Part shown: positions 1 through 7,683 of the stretch, in pieces | Numbering within the stretch: the first letter of the stretch is position 1 | How the letters are laid out: each line of letters starts with the position of its first letter | UHGV virus genome: UHGV-0038737 | Strand: one strand, 5' to 3' | Length of the DNA: 31,147 nt | Origin: a virus | The notes under the pieces: generated by a model | The model's database searches: none | What the model was told of the DNA's origin: nothing | Seen by the model: the letters and a program-made list of their open reading frames with translations, nothing else | Position numbers and translations under genes: made by a program

Positions 1-78
1 TGGGCCGATGCTGACCCGTACGTAGCGGCAGGAGTCTATGAACACGTTTCAGTGAAACCATTTAAGAAAGTGTTCTAA
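1..78 (+). CDS. 3' end of an unidentified ORF that begins upstream of the window
   Basis: Frame 1 is open from position 1 to TAA at 76-78 (...WADADPYVAAGVYEHVSVKPFKKVF*), followed by a hairpin at 143-177. Too short to assign a product. Confidence 0.25.
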   Translation, partial: WADADPYVAAGVYEHVSVKPFKKVF

Positions 79-142
79 TTTATTAGAAATTTGCACTTAA
101 ATCAAAAAGTTACGGACAATTCAACCACCAATCAATAAATTA

Positions 143-190
143 AAGGGCACATTAAAGTACACAATATTTGTGCCCTTCTCTGTTTCTTTC
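143..190. terminator. Candidate bidirectional intrinsic terminator between convergent genes
   Basis: Perfect 9-bp inverted repeat AAGGGCACA (143-151) / TGTGCCCTT (169-177), followed on the plus strand by the pyrimidine-rich run CTCTGTTTCTTTCCC and on the minus strand by TAATTTATTGATT. Lies just downstream of the invertase stop (197). Confidence 0.4.
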
Positions 191-196
191 CCGTTA

Positions 197-745
197 TCAG
201 CTAGCTGGAAACTTTTTATACAGAGTTGAGAGCCCTACTCCATACGTTTTTGATACGCTTTGTCGTGATTCACCGGTTGCCATCCGCTCCCCCATTTCCC
301 GCCATTGCTCATCCGTGAACTTAGGCCTGCGACCACCAACTCGCCCTTTTGCCCTGGCTACGGCCAGCCCTGCTAAGGTACGTTCGCTATTAAGATCAGA
401 TTCATATTGTGCTGCGGAAAGGATGTTACGAAAGTTATAGCGGCCGCTGGCTGTTTTGAGATCCACGCCATCGGTAATACTGCGGAAGTTGATACCCTTT
501 TCCTGTAACTGCTGGAACATCAACAGCGCATGCAGAACGTTGCGGCCTATCCTGTCCAGCTTCCAGACCACCAGTTCATCCCCCGGCTGCATAGTGGCGA
601 TCAGCCGTTTTAGAACCGGCCGATTCGATTTCCTCCCGCTGGCATGCTCTTCAAAAATTTTCTCACAACCCGCTGACTTGAGCGCCGTTAGTTGCAATTC
701 AGTGTCCTGGTGGTTTGTTGATACTCGGGCATAACCGTAAATCAT
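197..745 (-). CDS. Serine recombinase, DNA invertase of the Hin/Gin/Cin/Pin family
   Basis: N-terminus MIYGYARVSTNHQDTELQ with catalytic-serine context, resolvase-type core and C-terminal HTH (GESRQSVSKTYGVGLSTLYKKF). ATG at 745 preceded by AGGAG; the six-frame ORF extends to 790 but the internal Met aligns with the family N-terminus. Confidence 0.9.
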   Translation of the reverse strand: MIYGYARVSTNHQDTELQLTALKSAGCEKIFEEHASGRKSNRPVLKRLIATMQPGDELVVWKLDRIGRNVLHALLMFQQLQEKGINFRSITDGVDLKTASGRYNFRNILSAAQYESDLNSERTLAGLAVARAKGRVGGRRPKFTDEQWREMGERMATGESRQSVSKTYGVGLSTLYKKFPAS

Positions 746-749
746 GGGA

Positions 750-776
750 TTTCTCCTGTTATGAAAACAGGAGAAA
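750..776 (-). promoter_or_regulatory. Stem-loop sequestering the invertase Shine-Dalgarno
   Basis: Perfect 11-bp inverted repeat TTTCTCCTGTT / AACAGGAGAAA with a 5-nt loop. On the minus-strand mRNA the AGGAG of the invertase RBS sits in the 3' arm, 4 nt before the ATG at 745. Confidence 0.4.
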
Positions 777-804
777 CGGCGAAGCATCACCAGATTTTTG
801 ATGG

Positions 805-1104
805 TTATAAAAAAGGTTGGTTTGGGAGGGATGGGGCAAACCTATAGCGCATCGCAAGATAACTCCTCAGAACCCTCCCCATGTTACGCAGGATCCAGTA
901 CCGGTTCTCGCTTTCGTTTGTCGTCTTATCGGCGAAGTCCGGCTGGTATCGCTCGATCCATGTATTTGCATCCGCCTGACTGAAATGCCAGTTCCTCTCC
1001 TGCAGTTCAGCGATGAACTTGTCTGTATGCAGACAGAGATAGCCCTTCGGGTTTTGCTGTATGGCCGCAATAAAAGCAGCACGAATATCCGGTTGACGAG
1101 GCAT
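805..1104 (-). CDS. Hypothetical 99-aa protein, divergent from the dinI-like gene and sharing its LexA box
   Basis: ORF MPRQPDIRAAFIAAIQQNPKGYLCLHTDKFIAELQERNWHF... with ATG at 1104 and GAGGG SD about 8 nt upstream. The LexA box lies 26 nt upstream. No family recognised. Confidence 0.5.
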   Translation of the reverse strand: MPRQPDIRAAFIAAIQQNPKGYLCLHTDKFIAELQERNWHFSQADANTWIERYQPDFADKTTNESENRYWILRNMGRVLRSYLAMRYRFAPSLPNQPFL

Positions 1105-1125
1105 AAATGCACCCTCACTCGCTCA

Positions 1126-1154
1126 TTGACTGTATGTATATACAGTAGTATTTT
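1126..1154. promoter_or_regulatory. LexA (SOS) box within a divergent promoter region
   Basis: CTGTATGTATATACAG at 1130-1145 fits the CTGT-N8-ACAG consensus, with flanks gaCTGT...ACAGta. For the plus-strand dinI-like gene it overlaps a candidate -35 TTGACT (1126-1131) and -10 TATTTT (1149-1154). Confidence 0.75.
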
Positions 1155-1203
1155 TATGAAAACAGATCAAGCACAGGCAGTTTTCACTTATAAGAGGATC
1201 GGT

Positions 1204-1443
1204 ATGTTTGTTGAACTGGTTTATGACAAGCGAAATGTTGAGGGGCTCGAAGGGGCCAGGGAGATCATTCTGGCCGAACTGACGAAGCGGGTGCACCAGA
1301 TTTTCCCTGGTGCCGAAGTGAAGGTAAAGCCGATGCAGGCGAACGCGCTAAACAGCAACTGCACGAAAACAGAGAAAGAACGGCTTAATCGTATGCTTGA
1401 AGAGATGTTTGAAGAATCTGACATGTGGCTGGTTGCTGATTAA
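1204..1443 (+). CDS. dinI: DinI-family DNA-damage-inducible protein
   Basis: MFVELVYDKRNVEGLEGAREIILAELTKRVHQIFPGAEVKVKPMQANALN...EEMFEESDMWLVAD matches the DinI pattern as recalled. RBS AAGAGGA; LexA box 59 nt upstream. Only the last 80 codons of the long six-frame ORF 817-1443 are taken as real. Confidence 0.85.
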   Translation: MFVELVYDKRNVEGLEGAREIILAELTKRVHQIFPGAEVKVKPMQANALNSNCTKTEKERLNRMLEEMFEESDMWLVAD

Positions 1444-1459
1444 TTACATATTCACATCA

Positions 1460-1485
1460 CCGGGCAGTCATCCTTTTCTGCCCGG
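1460..1485. terminator. Hairpin between convergent dinI-like and tfa genes (weak terminator candidate)
   Basis: Inverted repeat CCGGGCAG (1460-1467) / CTGCCCGG (1478-1485) with a 10-nt loop. No strong U-tract on either strand. Confidence 0.3.
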
Positions 1486-1500
1486 TTAATGAAAATCACA

Positions 1501-1914
1501 TCACGCTGCGGGTTTTTCAGGCCACTGAATATCTGGCACGGTGATATCCAGCGCGTTCAGCGCATCACTGTAACTCAACCAGGCATGCAGGGCTGCGGTT
1601 TCTGAATCACTCAGTTTCATGCCCACCAGGATTTTTGTCTGCCATACAGAAATAGTCGGAGCGATTTCTGACAGCAACAGCCGCCGTTGATTTTCTGCTA
1701 TCGCCAGCGGGTCCAGTTCTGGCAGTTGTTCAATACGCGGTCCTTTCTCGTCAAATATGCCCGCGAATCCATCGGGAGGATTAAAAAACGCCAGATAGTC
1801 AGCCTCGCTCATCTCTTGCAAGTCCGCAGGTAGTGAGCCAGCCGCTTCATACGCAGACAGCATACCGTTATCGAGGTAAAATCCCTGCGTGCTGATGCTG
1901 TAAAAATATTTCAT
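1501..1914 (-). CDS. tfa: Tail fibre assembly protein (Tfa chaperone)
   Basis: MKYFYSISTQGFYLDNGMLSAYEAAGSLPADLQEMSEADYLAFFNPP... is typical of lambdoid/Mu-type Tfa. Start ATG 1 nt after the tail fibre stop. Confidence 0.85.
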   Translation of the reverse strand: MKYFYSISTQGFYLDNGMLSAYEAAGSLPADLQEMSEADYLAFFNPPDGFAGIFDEKGPRIEQLPELDPLAIAENQRRLLLSEIAPTISVWQTKILVGMKLSDSETAALHAWLSYSDALNALDITVPDIQWPEKPAA

Positions 1915-1915
1915 A

Positions 1916-2797
1916 TCAATACCCCATCACTCTTATATGAAAAAAAGGGACCCAGCCTGTCTGAGGAGTTTTAACGCTGACGGTTAAATATGTTGTTAAT
2001 AGCCCACTGCCATTATCTTTATCTCTGCATGTTTTAACATCAGCATTGTATCCGGGGGTTTGATTTCCAAATCTGTCGCCTGAAATGGACGCAACGGCAG
2101 TAATAATGCCGTTAGGTAATGCGACGGGGAGCGGCACTTTATAGTAGTGCGTATAATACGTAATACCTCCCACTGTCTGAGGGTTGTATGCTCCTACTGC
2201 GATGACGCCACCTATGAGGAAATCCATTTGATAAATATCGCCAATTTTTATCACGCTGGAGTTTGTTCCTGACCTGACATAGGTGATACCCAGATTGGAC
2301 AGCGCGGCGTCTCTGGTTGTCGCCCCGGTCCCTCCCTGGTCAATACTCAATGCTGTACTTAGCCCTTTCAGCTCTGTGATATCGCTATTTGCCCCTTTCC
2401 GGGCGAGACCACCGATGGCAGGAATGCTGAGGCTGGTGCCGTTGATTGTCACAGTGACCAGTTGGTTCGCTGAGGTACTGGCGAACGTTTCCCACGCACC
2501 GATATTCTCGTCATACTCATTGATGAGCTGAGACATGGCCTGTGCCAGTCCATCAACCGAGATAATGTCTGATACCAGAATGCCGTACTTCTGGCCGCTC
2601 AGCGCCGGGGAAGCAGCTGGAGTAACCGTCATTGACGTGGCGCTGTTCACGGATGAAATCTGGAACAGCTGCACCGGGTTAGACATCACGATAATTGTCT
2701 GCCCAGCGCGAACCTGGCTGGCCGGTGCCGTCCAGTTTGTGCCCGTCCCGGTGGCGGTATTTCCATTAATGGCGATGGTGCCGGTGTTATAAAGCAT
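1916..2797 (-). CDS. Side tail fibre protein
   Basis: Contains the conserved fibre motif LSIDQGGTGATTRDAALSNLG and Gly/Thr/Ser-rich beta-type composition. ATG at 2797 with GGAG RBS (the ORF track starts at TTG 2812). A Tfa gene follows directly. Confidence 0.8.
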   Translation of the reverse strand: MLYNTGTIAINGNTATGTGTNWTAPASQVRAGQTIIVMSNPVQLFQISSVNSATSMTVTPAASPALSGQKYGILVSDIISVDGLAQAMSQLINEYDENIGAWETFASTSANQLVTVTINGTSLSIPAIGGLARKGANSDITELKGLSTALSIDQGGTGATTRDAALSNLGITYVRSGTNSSVIKIGDIYQMDFLIGGVIAVGAYNPQTVGGITYYTHYYKVPLPVALPNGIITAVASISGDRFGNQTPGYNADVKTCRDKDNGSGLLTTYLTVSVKTPQTGWVPFFHIRVMGY

Positions 2798-2812
2798 ATT
2801 TTCTCCAGGCAA

Positions 2813-2837
2813 TAAAAAAACCCCGCCGGAGCGAGGT
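2813..2837 (-). terminator. Rho-independent terminator downstream of the lipoprotein gene
   Basis: Minus-strand RNA CCUCGC-UCCG-GCGGGG (one G-U pair) followed by UUUUUUU, 20 nt after the lipoprotein stop. Confidence 0.55.
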
Positions 2838-2857
2838 TTATGTTTAAGCGTAGTGGG

Positions 2858-3091
2858 TTATTTGCAGGTTGTTTCGGTAAATGTATTCGCACTTACCCAG
2901 CGCCAGCTGAAAGGATATCCAGCCCGGTACTGCGTCTGGTTGTTTTGTTTACGCACACCGTAAATCTGAACCGTAGTTTCCTGACCGCCAACGATTGCAG
3001 TGCCGCTGCAAACTGGTTCCTGTTTCTCAATTACGCCAGCGCATCCTGTAAGCATGACAGCGCCTGCCATGCAGATAATCAGTTTTCTCAT
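2858..3091 (-). CDS. Small lipoprotein moron (77 aa), possibly Cor-like
   Basis: Signal peptide MRKLIICMAGAVMLTGC with lipobox LTG-C. Own terminator downstream and a separate AT-rich, repeat-rich upstream region. Embedded between tail genes. Confidence 0.6.
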   Translation of the reverse strand: MRKLIICMAGAVMLTGCAGVIEKQEPVCSGTAIVGGQETTVQIYGVRKQNNQTQYRAGYPFSWRWVSANTFTETTCK

Positions 3092-3202
3092 TTTGATAGT
3101 ATCCAGAGGAATTCAGTATCTTAGACGATACCAATACAATTCTGGTGGGTATAATTGATTGGATAGATCAATATTATGTTATTGATCGCTAAAAACGATC
3201 AA

Positions 3203-3877
3203 TCAATCATAGGCCGCTGTATTTATGGCGGTTAATGAAATGCCAGTATTCGTTCCCCCTCCAGGTGAACCTGCCCCAGTGGAGGTCCCCCCTGCGTTTA
3301 TCCTCGTATTGGCCCCGTCAAACCTGCATGAAGAATAAGCATTTATCGTGTAGATAGTCGGAGGCTGGGTTGAATTATTCACAATGATGGTCTGACCCAA
3401 CTGAGCAGGTGCAACGGCCCATGACCCGCTCAGCGTCTGGTCAATATTTATCCCGCCGTTTGCACCAGGCGTGCCAACCGTCTGCAGGTCTGATAGCACA
3501 CGGGACTCATTAGTTAACACAAGCTTTCCGCTCGCATCCCATATTGCCAAACCCCATTTCGGTAATATCTGCGGGAATATGGCAAAAACGTACGCCGTTA
3601 AAGTGAAACTTTGGTTGTAGGGATTAACACCAGCAACATACACATTACCGCCGTTCCTGTAAGACATAACCGGAGTGGGCTGTGCTGTATTGGTGGTTTT
3701 GATAAAAACCATCACTGGGTAATCAGCGTTTAAAGCGATATTTTGAGCAACCTGCTGAGAACTGCCATTCGCGGATGAATTGAAGGTATACTTCCCGTAA
3801 AGACAGAAAGGCGTTGATTGTGGCGTTACAAAGGGATTCCCGTTATCCATTAATATCATCGCGCCAAATTCGGCCAT
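3203..3877 (-). CDS. Hypothetical tail-region protein (224 aa)
   Basis: ORF translationally coupled to the upstream gene (TAATG overlap at 3877). Gly/Asn/Thr-rich beta-type composition, downstream of J. Function unknown. Confidence 0.6.
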   Translation of the reverse strand: MAEFGAMILMDNGNPFVTPQSTPFCLYGKYTFNSSANGSSQQVAQNIALNADYPVMVFIKTTNTAQPTPVMSYRNGGNVYVAGVNPYNQSFTLTAYVFAIFPQILPKWGLAIWDASGKLVLTNESRVLSDLQTVGTPGANGGINIDQTLSGSWAVAPAQLGQTIIVNNSTQPPTIYTINAYSSCRFDGANTRINAGGTSTGAGSPGGGTNTGISLTAINTAAYD

Positions 3878-4179
3878 TATGCTTTCTCCATGAAAACGAC
3901 CACCTCACATTTAGAGGCCGGGTAATTACCCAGGCCCAAAGAAGAGGCTGCGGTTACGGTTATTGTGTTCCCTGACGCGACAATGCTCCTCCCTACGCTG
4001 TTACCTCCTTCATCAAGTGAGAGCGCAAAACCGACCTTCATTCCTGAGGGTACAGTGAAAGACCAGCTGCCGGAGTTTTGTCCGGCGGCAAGTTGTATAC
4101 GTCCAACAACGGAAACGGGCTTGATTCCGTAGTTGTTGGGGTTTCCCGAAGCATCCCAGGTCTGTATTCCATAAGCCAT
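3877..4179 (-). CDS. Hypothetical tail-region protein (100 aa)
   Basis: ORF starting 2 nt after the J stop and overlapping the next gene start. Function unknown. Confidence 0.6.
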   Translation of the reverse strand: MAYGIQTWDASGNPNNYGIKPVSVVGRIQLAAGQNSGSWSFTVPSGMKVGFALSLDEGGNSVGRSIVASGNTITVTAASSLGLGNYPASKCEVVVFMEKA

Positions 4180-4180
4180 A

Positions 4181-7100
4181 TCAGAACACCCCCGTTAATC
4201 GGCCAACCTGCACTCTCAGAACGTTGTTGCCATCCTTGACGCTGATTGTCTGGTTGGTCTGCTTCATGGCTCCCTCCCCAGCTGTCGAACCGTAGTTCTC
4301 AAACGTCCCGGACTTATCCAGTTTCCAGCCAACAGAGCCGGCAACATAATTGTTCGACTGGATGTAATTGCCAATTTTTGCATTGCTTATGGTCCCGTCG
4401 CCAATGACTGTATCCCTGATAATGGCCTGGCCATTCTGGATAACGAACGGCAGTGTTACAGTCCCGCCGACCATAGTAGTCACGGCGAAACGGTCTGCCA
4501 GGAAGATTACCTGTGGCTGCATGCCGGAGGGTGTATTTTGAACCCCAATACCCATCCCGGCAGCGTAATACTGCCCGTTACTGGACACCCCCACCTTGAT
4601 GTTATACATCGCGCTGAGGTTACCGTTTACATCTGCTATAGCCTGTGCGTTGACGTTTATCGCTGCACTGTTTTCGCCTGATTTAACAGTCAGAGTGTTG
4701 ATTTTTGTTGCCGAAGCCTGGGTGAAATCAGCAAGAGTTTCTGTCAGGTCCGTTGAGTTAGAGATATTGCCACCAGCTTCTGCATCCAGTGTGACCAGCG
4801 CGCGTGCGACCGCCTGGCTGGTATCGGCAATCGTAGTATCCACTCTGTCTATACTGGCACTGTTCCCGGCGTTTGTTGCTGTCTGGGAACGACGACTGAC
4901 AACCTGCGCCAGCCCATTCTGGATTATCGCAATTGCCGAATTCTTCACGCCTCCTGTCATACCGTCCATTGAAACGGAAATCTCATCGATTTTTACCGCC
5001 GCCTGCGCCAGCCCGTCAGCGTTTTCCTGTATATCTTTCGCCTGCTGCTCCAGCTCGTCGGCATGGTTTTTGATTTCGTCAGCCATGCCAGCAATTTTTT
5101 CATTGCTGTCCACTGCGCTCTCAATCAGATCTTTAAACGTAGCGGAGTCTTTGATCTCCTCCAGGATCACATCGGTGATATCGGAAACATCGATGCTGGC
5201 CTGACCTCGCACCCAGTCGGTATACCCGGACTCGTTTCCCGTTCTGTCGACCAGTTGCGCGCGATACCAGAAAATCTGCCCTGCCTTAAGACCCATCTGC
5301 TGATATTTGCGCTGCGGATAAGGCACATCGGCCAGCAGCATTGCATCATCTTCGCTACCGGTCAGGCTGTACTGAATTTCCGTCTTCAGCGTGTCTTCGG
5401 TATTCGCCGGGAATCCCCAGTTCAGCTCGATACCGAATACCACGTTTTCAGAAGCGATGAAGCCAACCGGCTTCGGTGGGTTTCCCACTTTACCCGTCAA
5501 CGTTTTCTCTTCTGAATAGCCCCACCCAGATGAAATTTCGGCGGCATTGATGGCACGCACGCGAACCAGGTAGCGTCCTGCATAAATCCCCGGAACATCG
5601 AATGACGTGGTGGAGCTGCGCGGCACATTCACCCAGTTCCCGTCATTGCGACGCCACTGTGCCTCATACGCGATAGCATTTTTCGCCTGGTCCCAGCTGA
5701 CGCGCATGGTCTCAACGCTGATATTCTGCTGAACGACAGAAAACGAACTGATCGCGATATTAGCTGGCGGGGACTGATTACCGGGCGGAATTACACTTAT
5801 TGGCCGCTGGTCGATAATGGCACCGGTATCGATACGCGCATATTTATCCGGATCGTGCAAAGCGCCAGCAATCGAATACGTTCCGTCATTATTATCCGTA
5901 ACGCTGATAACGCGATATTGCTGCGCGTAAAGCTCTTCAGACTCGACAATCCACACCGATTCCACTGCAGGTGTTTCGCTGTATGCCGTTGTCACAGTGA
6001 CGGCCCGCCCGTTTACGCTCTGTATCGTCCTGCTCTGCGATGCGCCGGACGGAAGGTTAACCATCAGACGGCTTCCGGGAGCGGCTGCCGAATCACGATC
6101 AAGCGTGATAACGCGACCGTTAACCGCACTGATGCGCCCTCCCATCACCTTTCCGGATAACAGATCATCGGCAACCGCGATAATATAACCAGGCTGTGGA
6201 ATGTTGCCGTCCAGGCCAACATCAAACGATACGATGCGATCCTTGTTATTGGTCAGAATCCCCCAGCGTCCCTTACGGTTTGCCTCCGACTGCCGGGTAC
6301 AGCCAATGGCTGTCATTTCGAGCTGGTTTGTGCCAAACCGAGCGACGAGCTCCTGTTCAAAAACCGGCTCCATCGCATCTGCGTAGGCATTACCCGGATC
6401 AGACCAGGAAACCAGCGCAGTGGTATAGCGGTTTTTAATGGTGCTGCCAGAATAGGTAAAGCGGCCGTCAACCACGTTAGCGCGGGTGTAGCTGTAATCC
6501 ACATCACGGGGCATATCTGCCAGCGCAACGATTTGATCGCCGCCCCAGTACGTCATGCCACGGAATATGGCCGCAAAATCACGCAAAACGGTATACGCAT
6601 CATTCCTCTCCTGCACATAAACGTTGCACGTATAGCGGGGTTCTGTTCCGGTACCGCCTTTACCGTCGGGAACTGGCTGATCGCAATACTGCGCAACCTG
6701 GTAAAGTGTCCATTTATCAATATTTGCCGCCGTCAGGCGGTCGCCAAGTCCGAAACGGTCGCTCACCACCAGATCGTAAAAAATCCACGCCGGATTGTCC
6801 GTCCATGCCCACTTAAACGCCCCCGTCCAGGTGCCGCTATAGGTCCGGGTTTCCGGATCGTAAGTATCCGGCACGCGGATAACGCGTCCGCGCGGTTCAC
6901 AGGAAATTTGCGGGATGGAGCCGTTAAACTGGCTTGAGTCGAATTCGATGTACAGCAGCGCGGTATTTGGATAACGCAGTTTGGCGTCAATGACCTCTGT
7001 GTAGCTCTGCAGCGTCATCGTGTCGCCAATTTTCGCGCTGTTGGCATCCGCTGTTAGCTTACGCAGGCGCACCGTCCATGTGCTGCCTGCCTGCGGTAGG

Positions 7101-7630
7101 TCGACGCGATGGCTGCGTTCGTAGCCGGAAGTTGTCTTGCCGGTTACGCTGGTATTAAGTACCGTCTGCCAGGTGCCGCCATCGGTCTGCAGATCAATAG
7201 CGTAGTTAATTGAATAGCCAACCAGATCGCCATCGTCCTCCTGTTTAAAAAGCGATGGCCACTTGAGGCGCAGGCGAACGGCTGACAGTTGCGTGTTGGT
7301 AAAGGTATGTGTCCAGCCGGTGGTGCTTGACACTTCGGTGCCCACGCTGATTTCATTTTCGGTGCCGGGGATACCCTGAATATATTTTTGTGCCTGAGTC
7401 CCCGGACGAAATTCCCACGTAACGCCGCTGAAGTTTTGGGAGCCGTCGGCGTTCTCCAGCGCCGTTCCGTCCAGGTAGATATCCTTCCCGGTGAGCTGTC
7501 CAGCAAACTCCCCTTCCCCAAGCGCAACGAGGATCTTTGCCTTCGCTACAGATTGCAGATCATCAGGCTGTTCGGTGGGAGTTCGGGAACTGGAGCTCCC
7601 GCCTTTTCGTCCGGTAATTGTTTTAGCCAT
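4181..7630 (-). CDS. J: Tail tip / host specificity protein J (central tail fibre)
   Basis: 1149 aa, of lambda gpJ size, with fibronectin-like middle region and a distinct C-terminal domain. Position directly after I. Confidence 0.92.
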   Translation of the reverse strand: MAKTITGRKGGSSSSRTPTEQPDDLQSVAKAKILVALGEGEFAGQLTGKDIYLDGTALENADGSQNFSGVTWEFRPGTQAQKYIQGIPGTENEISVGTEVSSTTGWTHTFTNTQLSAVRLRLKWPSLFKQEDDGDLVGYSINYAIDLQTDGGTWQTVLNTSVTGKTTSGYERSHRVDLPQAGSTWTVRLRKLTADANSAKIGDTMTLQSYTEVIDAKLRYPNTALLYIEFDSSQFNGSIPQISCEPRGRVIRVPDTYDPETRTYSGTWTGAFKWAWTDNPAWIFYDLVVSDRFGLGDRLTAANIDKWTLYQVAQYCDQPVPDGKGGTGTEPRYTCNVYVQERNDAYTVLRDFAAIFRGMTYWGGDQIVALADMPRDVDYSYTRANVVDGRFTYSGSTIKNRYTTALVSWSDPGNAYADAMEPVFEQELVARFGTNQLEMTAIGCTRQSEANRKGRWGILTNNKDRIVSFDVGLDGNIPQPGYIIAVADDLLSGKVMGGRISAVNGRVITLDRDSAAAPGSRLMVNLPSGASQSRTIQSVNGRAVTVTTAYSETPAVESVWIVESEELYAQQYRVISVTDNNDGTYSIAGALHDPDKYARIDTGAIIDQRPISVIPPGNQSPPANIAISSFSVVQQNISVETMRVSWDQAKNAIAYEAQWRRNDGNWVNVPRSSTTSFDVPGIYAGRYLVRVRAINAAEISSGWGYSEEKTLTGKVGNPPKPVGFIASENVVFGIELNWGFPANTEDTLKTEIQYSLTGSEDDAMLLADVPYPQRKYQQMGLKAGQIFWYRAQLVDRTGNESGYTDWVRGQASIDVSDITDVILEEIKDSATFKDLIESAVDSNEKIAGMADEIKNHADELEQQAKDIQENADGLAQAAVKIDEISVSMDGMTGGVKNSAIAIIQNGLAQVVSRRSQTATNAGNSASIDRVDTTIADTSQAVARALVTLDAEAGGNISNSTDLTETLADFTQASATKINTLTVKSGENSAAINVNAQAIADVNGNLSAMYNIKVGVSSNGQYYAAGMGIGVQNTPSGMQPQVIFLADRFAVTTMVGGTVTLPFVIQNGQAIIRDTVIGDGTISNAKIGNYIQSNNYVAGSVGWKLDKSGTFENYGSTAGEGAMKQTNQTISVKDGNNVLRVQVGRLTGVF

Positions 7631-7639
7631 ATCGCGCCC

Positions 7640-7668
7640 ATAAAAAAAGCCACCCGAAGGTGGCTTGT
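7640..7668 (-). terminator. Intrinsic terminator-like hairpin immediately upstream of J
   Basis: Minus-strand RNA AAGCCACC-UUCG-GGUGGCUU followed by UUUUUUUAU, ending about 11 nt before the J ATG. Confidence 0.6.
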
Positions 7669-7683
7669 AAAAAGGTTTGTTAA

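Noticed and set aside
817-1443. Long plus-strand ORF (208 aa) spanning the invertase/dinI intergenic region
   Set aside because: Only the last 80 codons match DinI and have an RBS and promoter. The upstream part overlaps the 99-aa minus-strand ORF and the LexA box and has no coding character.
4596-5204. Plus-strand ORFs (202 aa and others) inside the J gene
   Set aside because: Antisense shadow ORFs within a well-supported long coding region. Low-complexity Ala/Ser-rich translation, no RBS.
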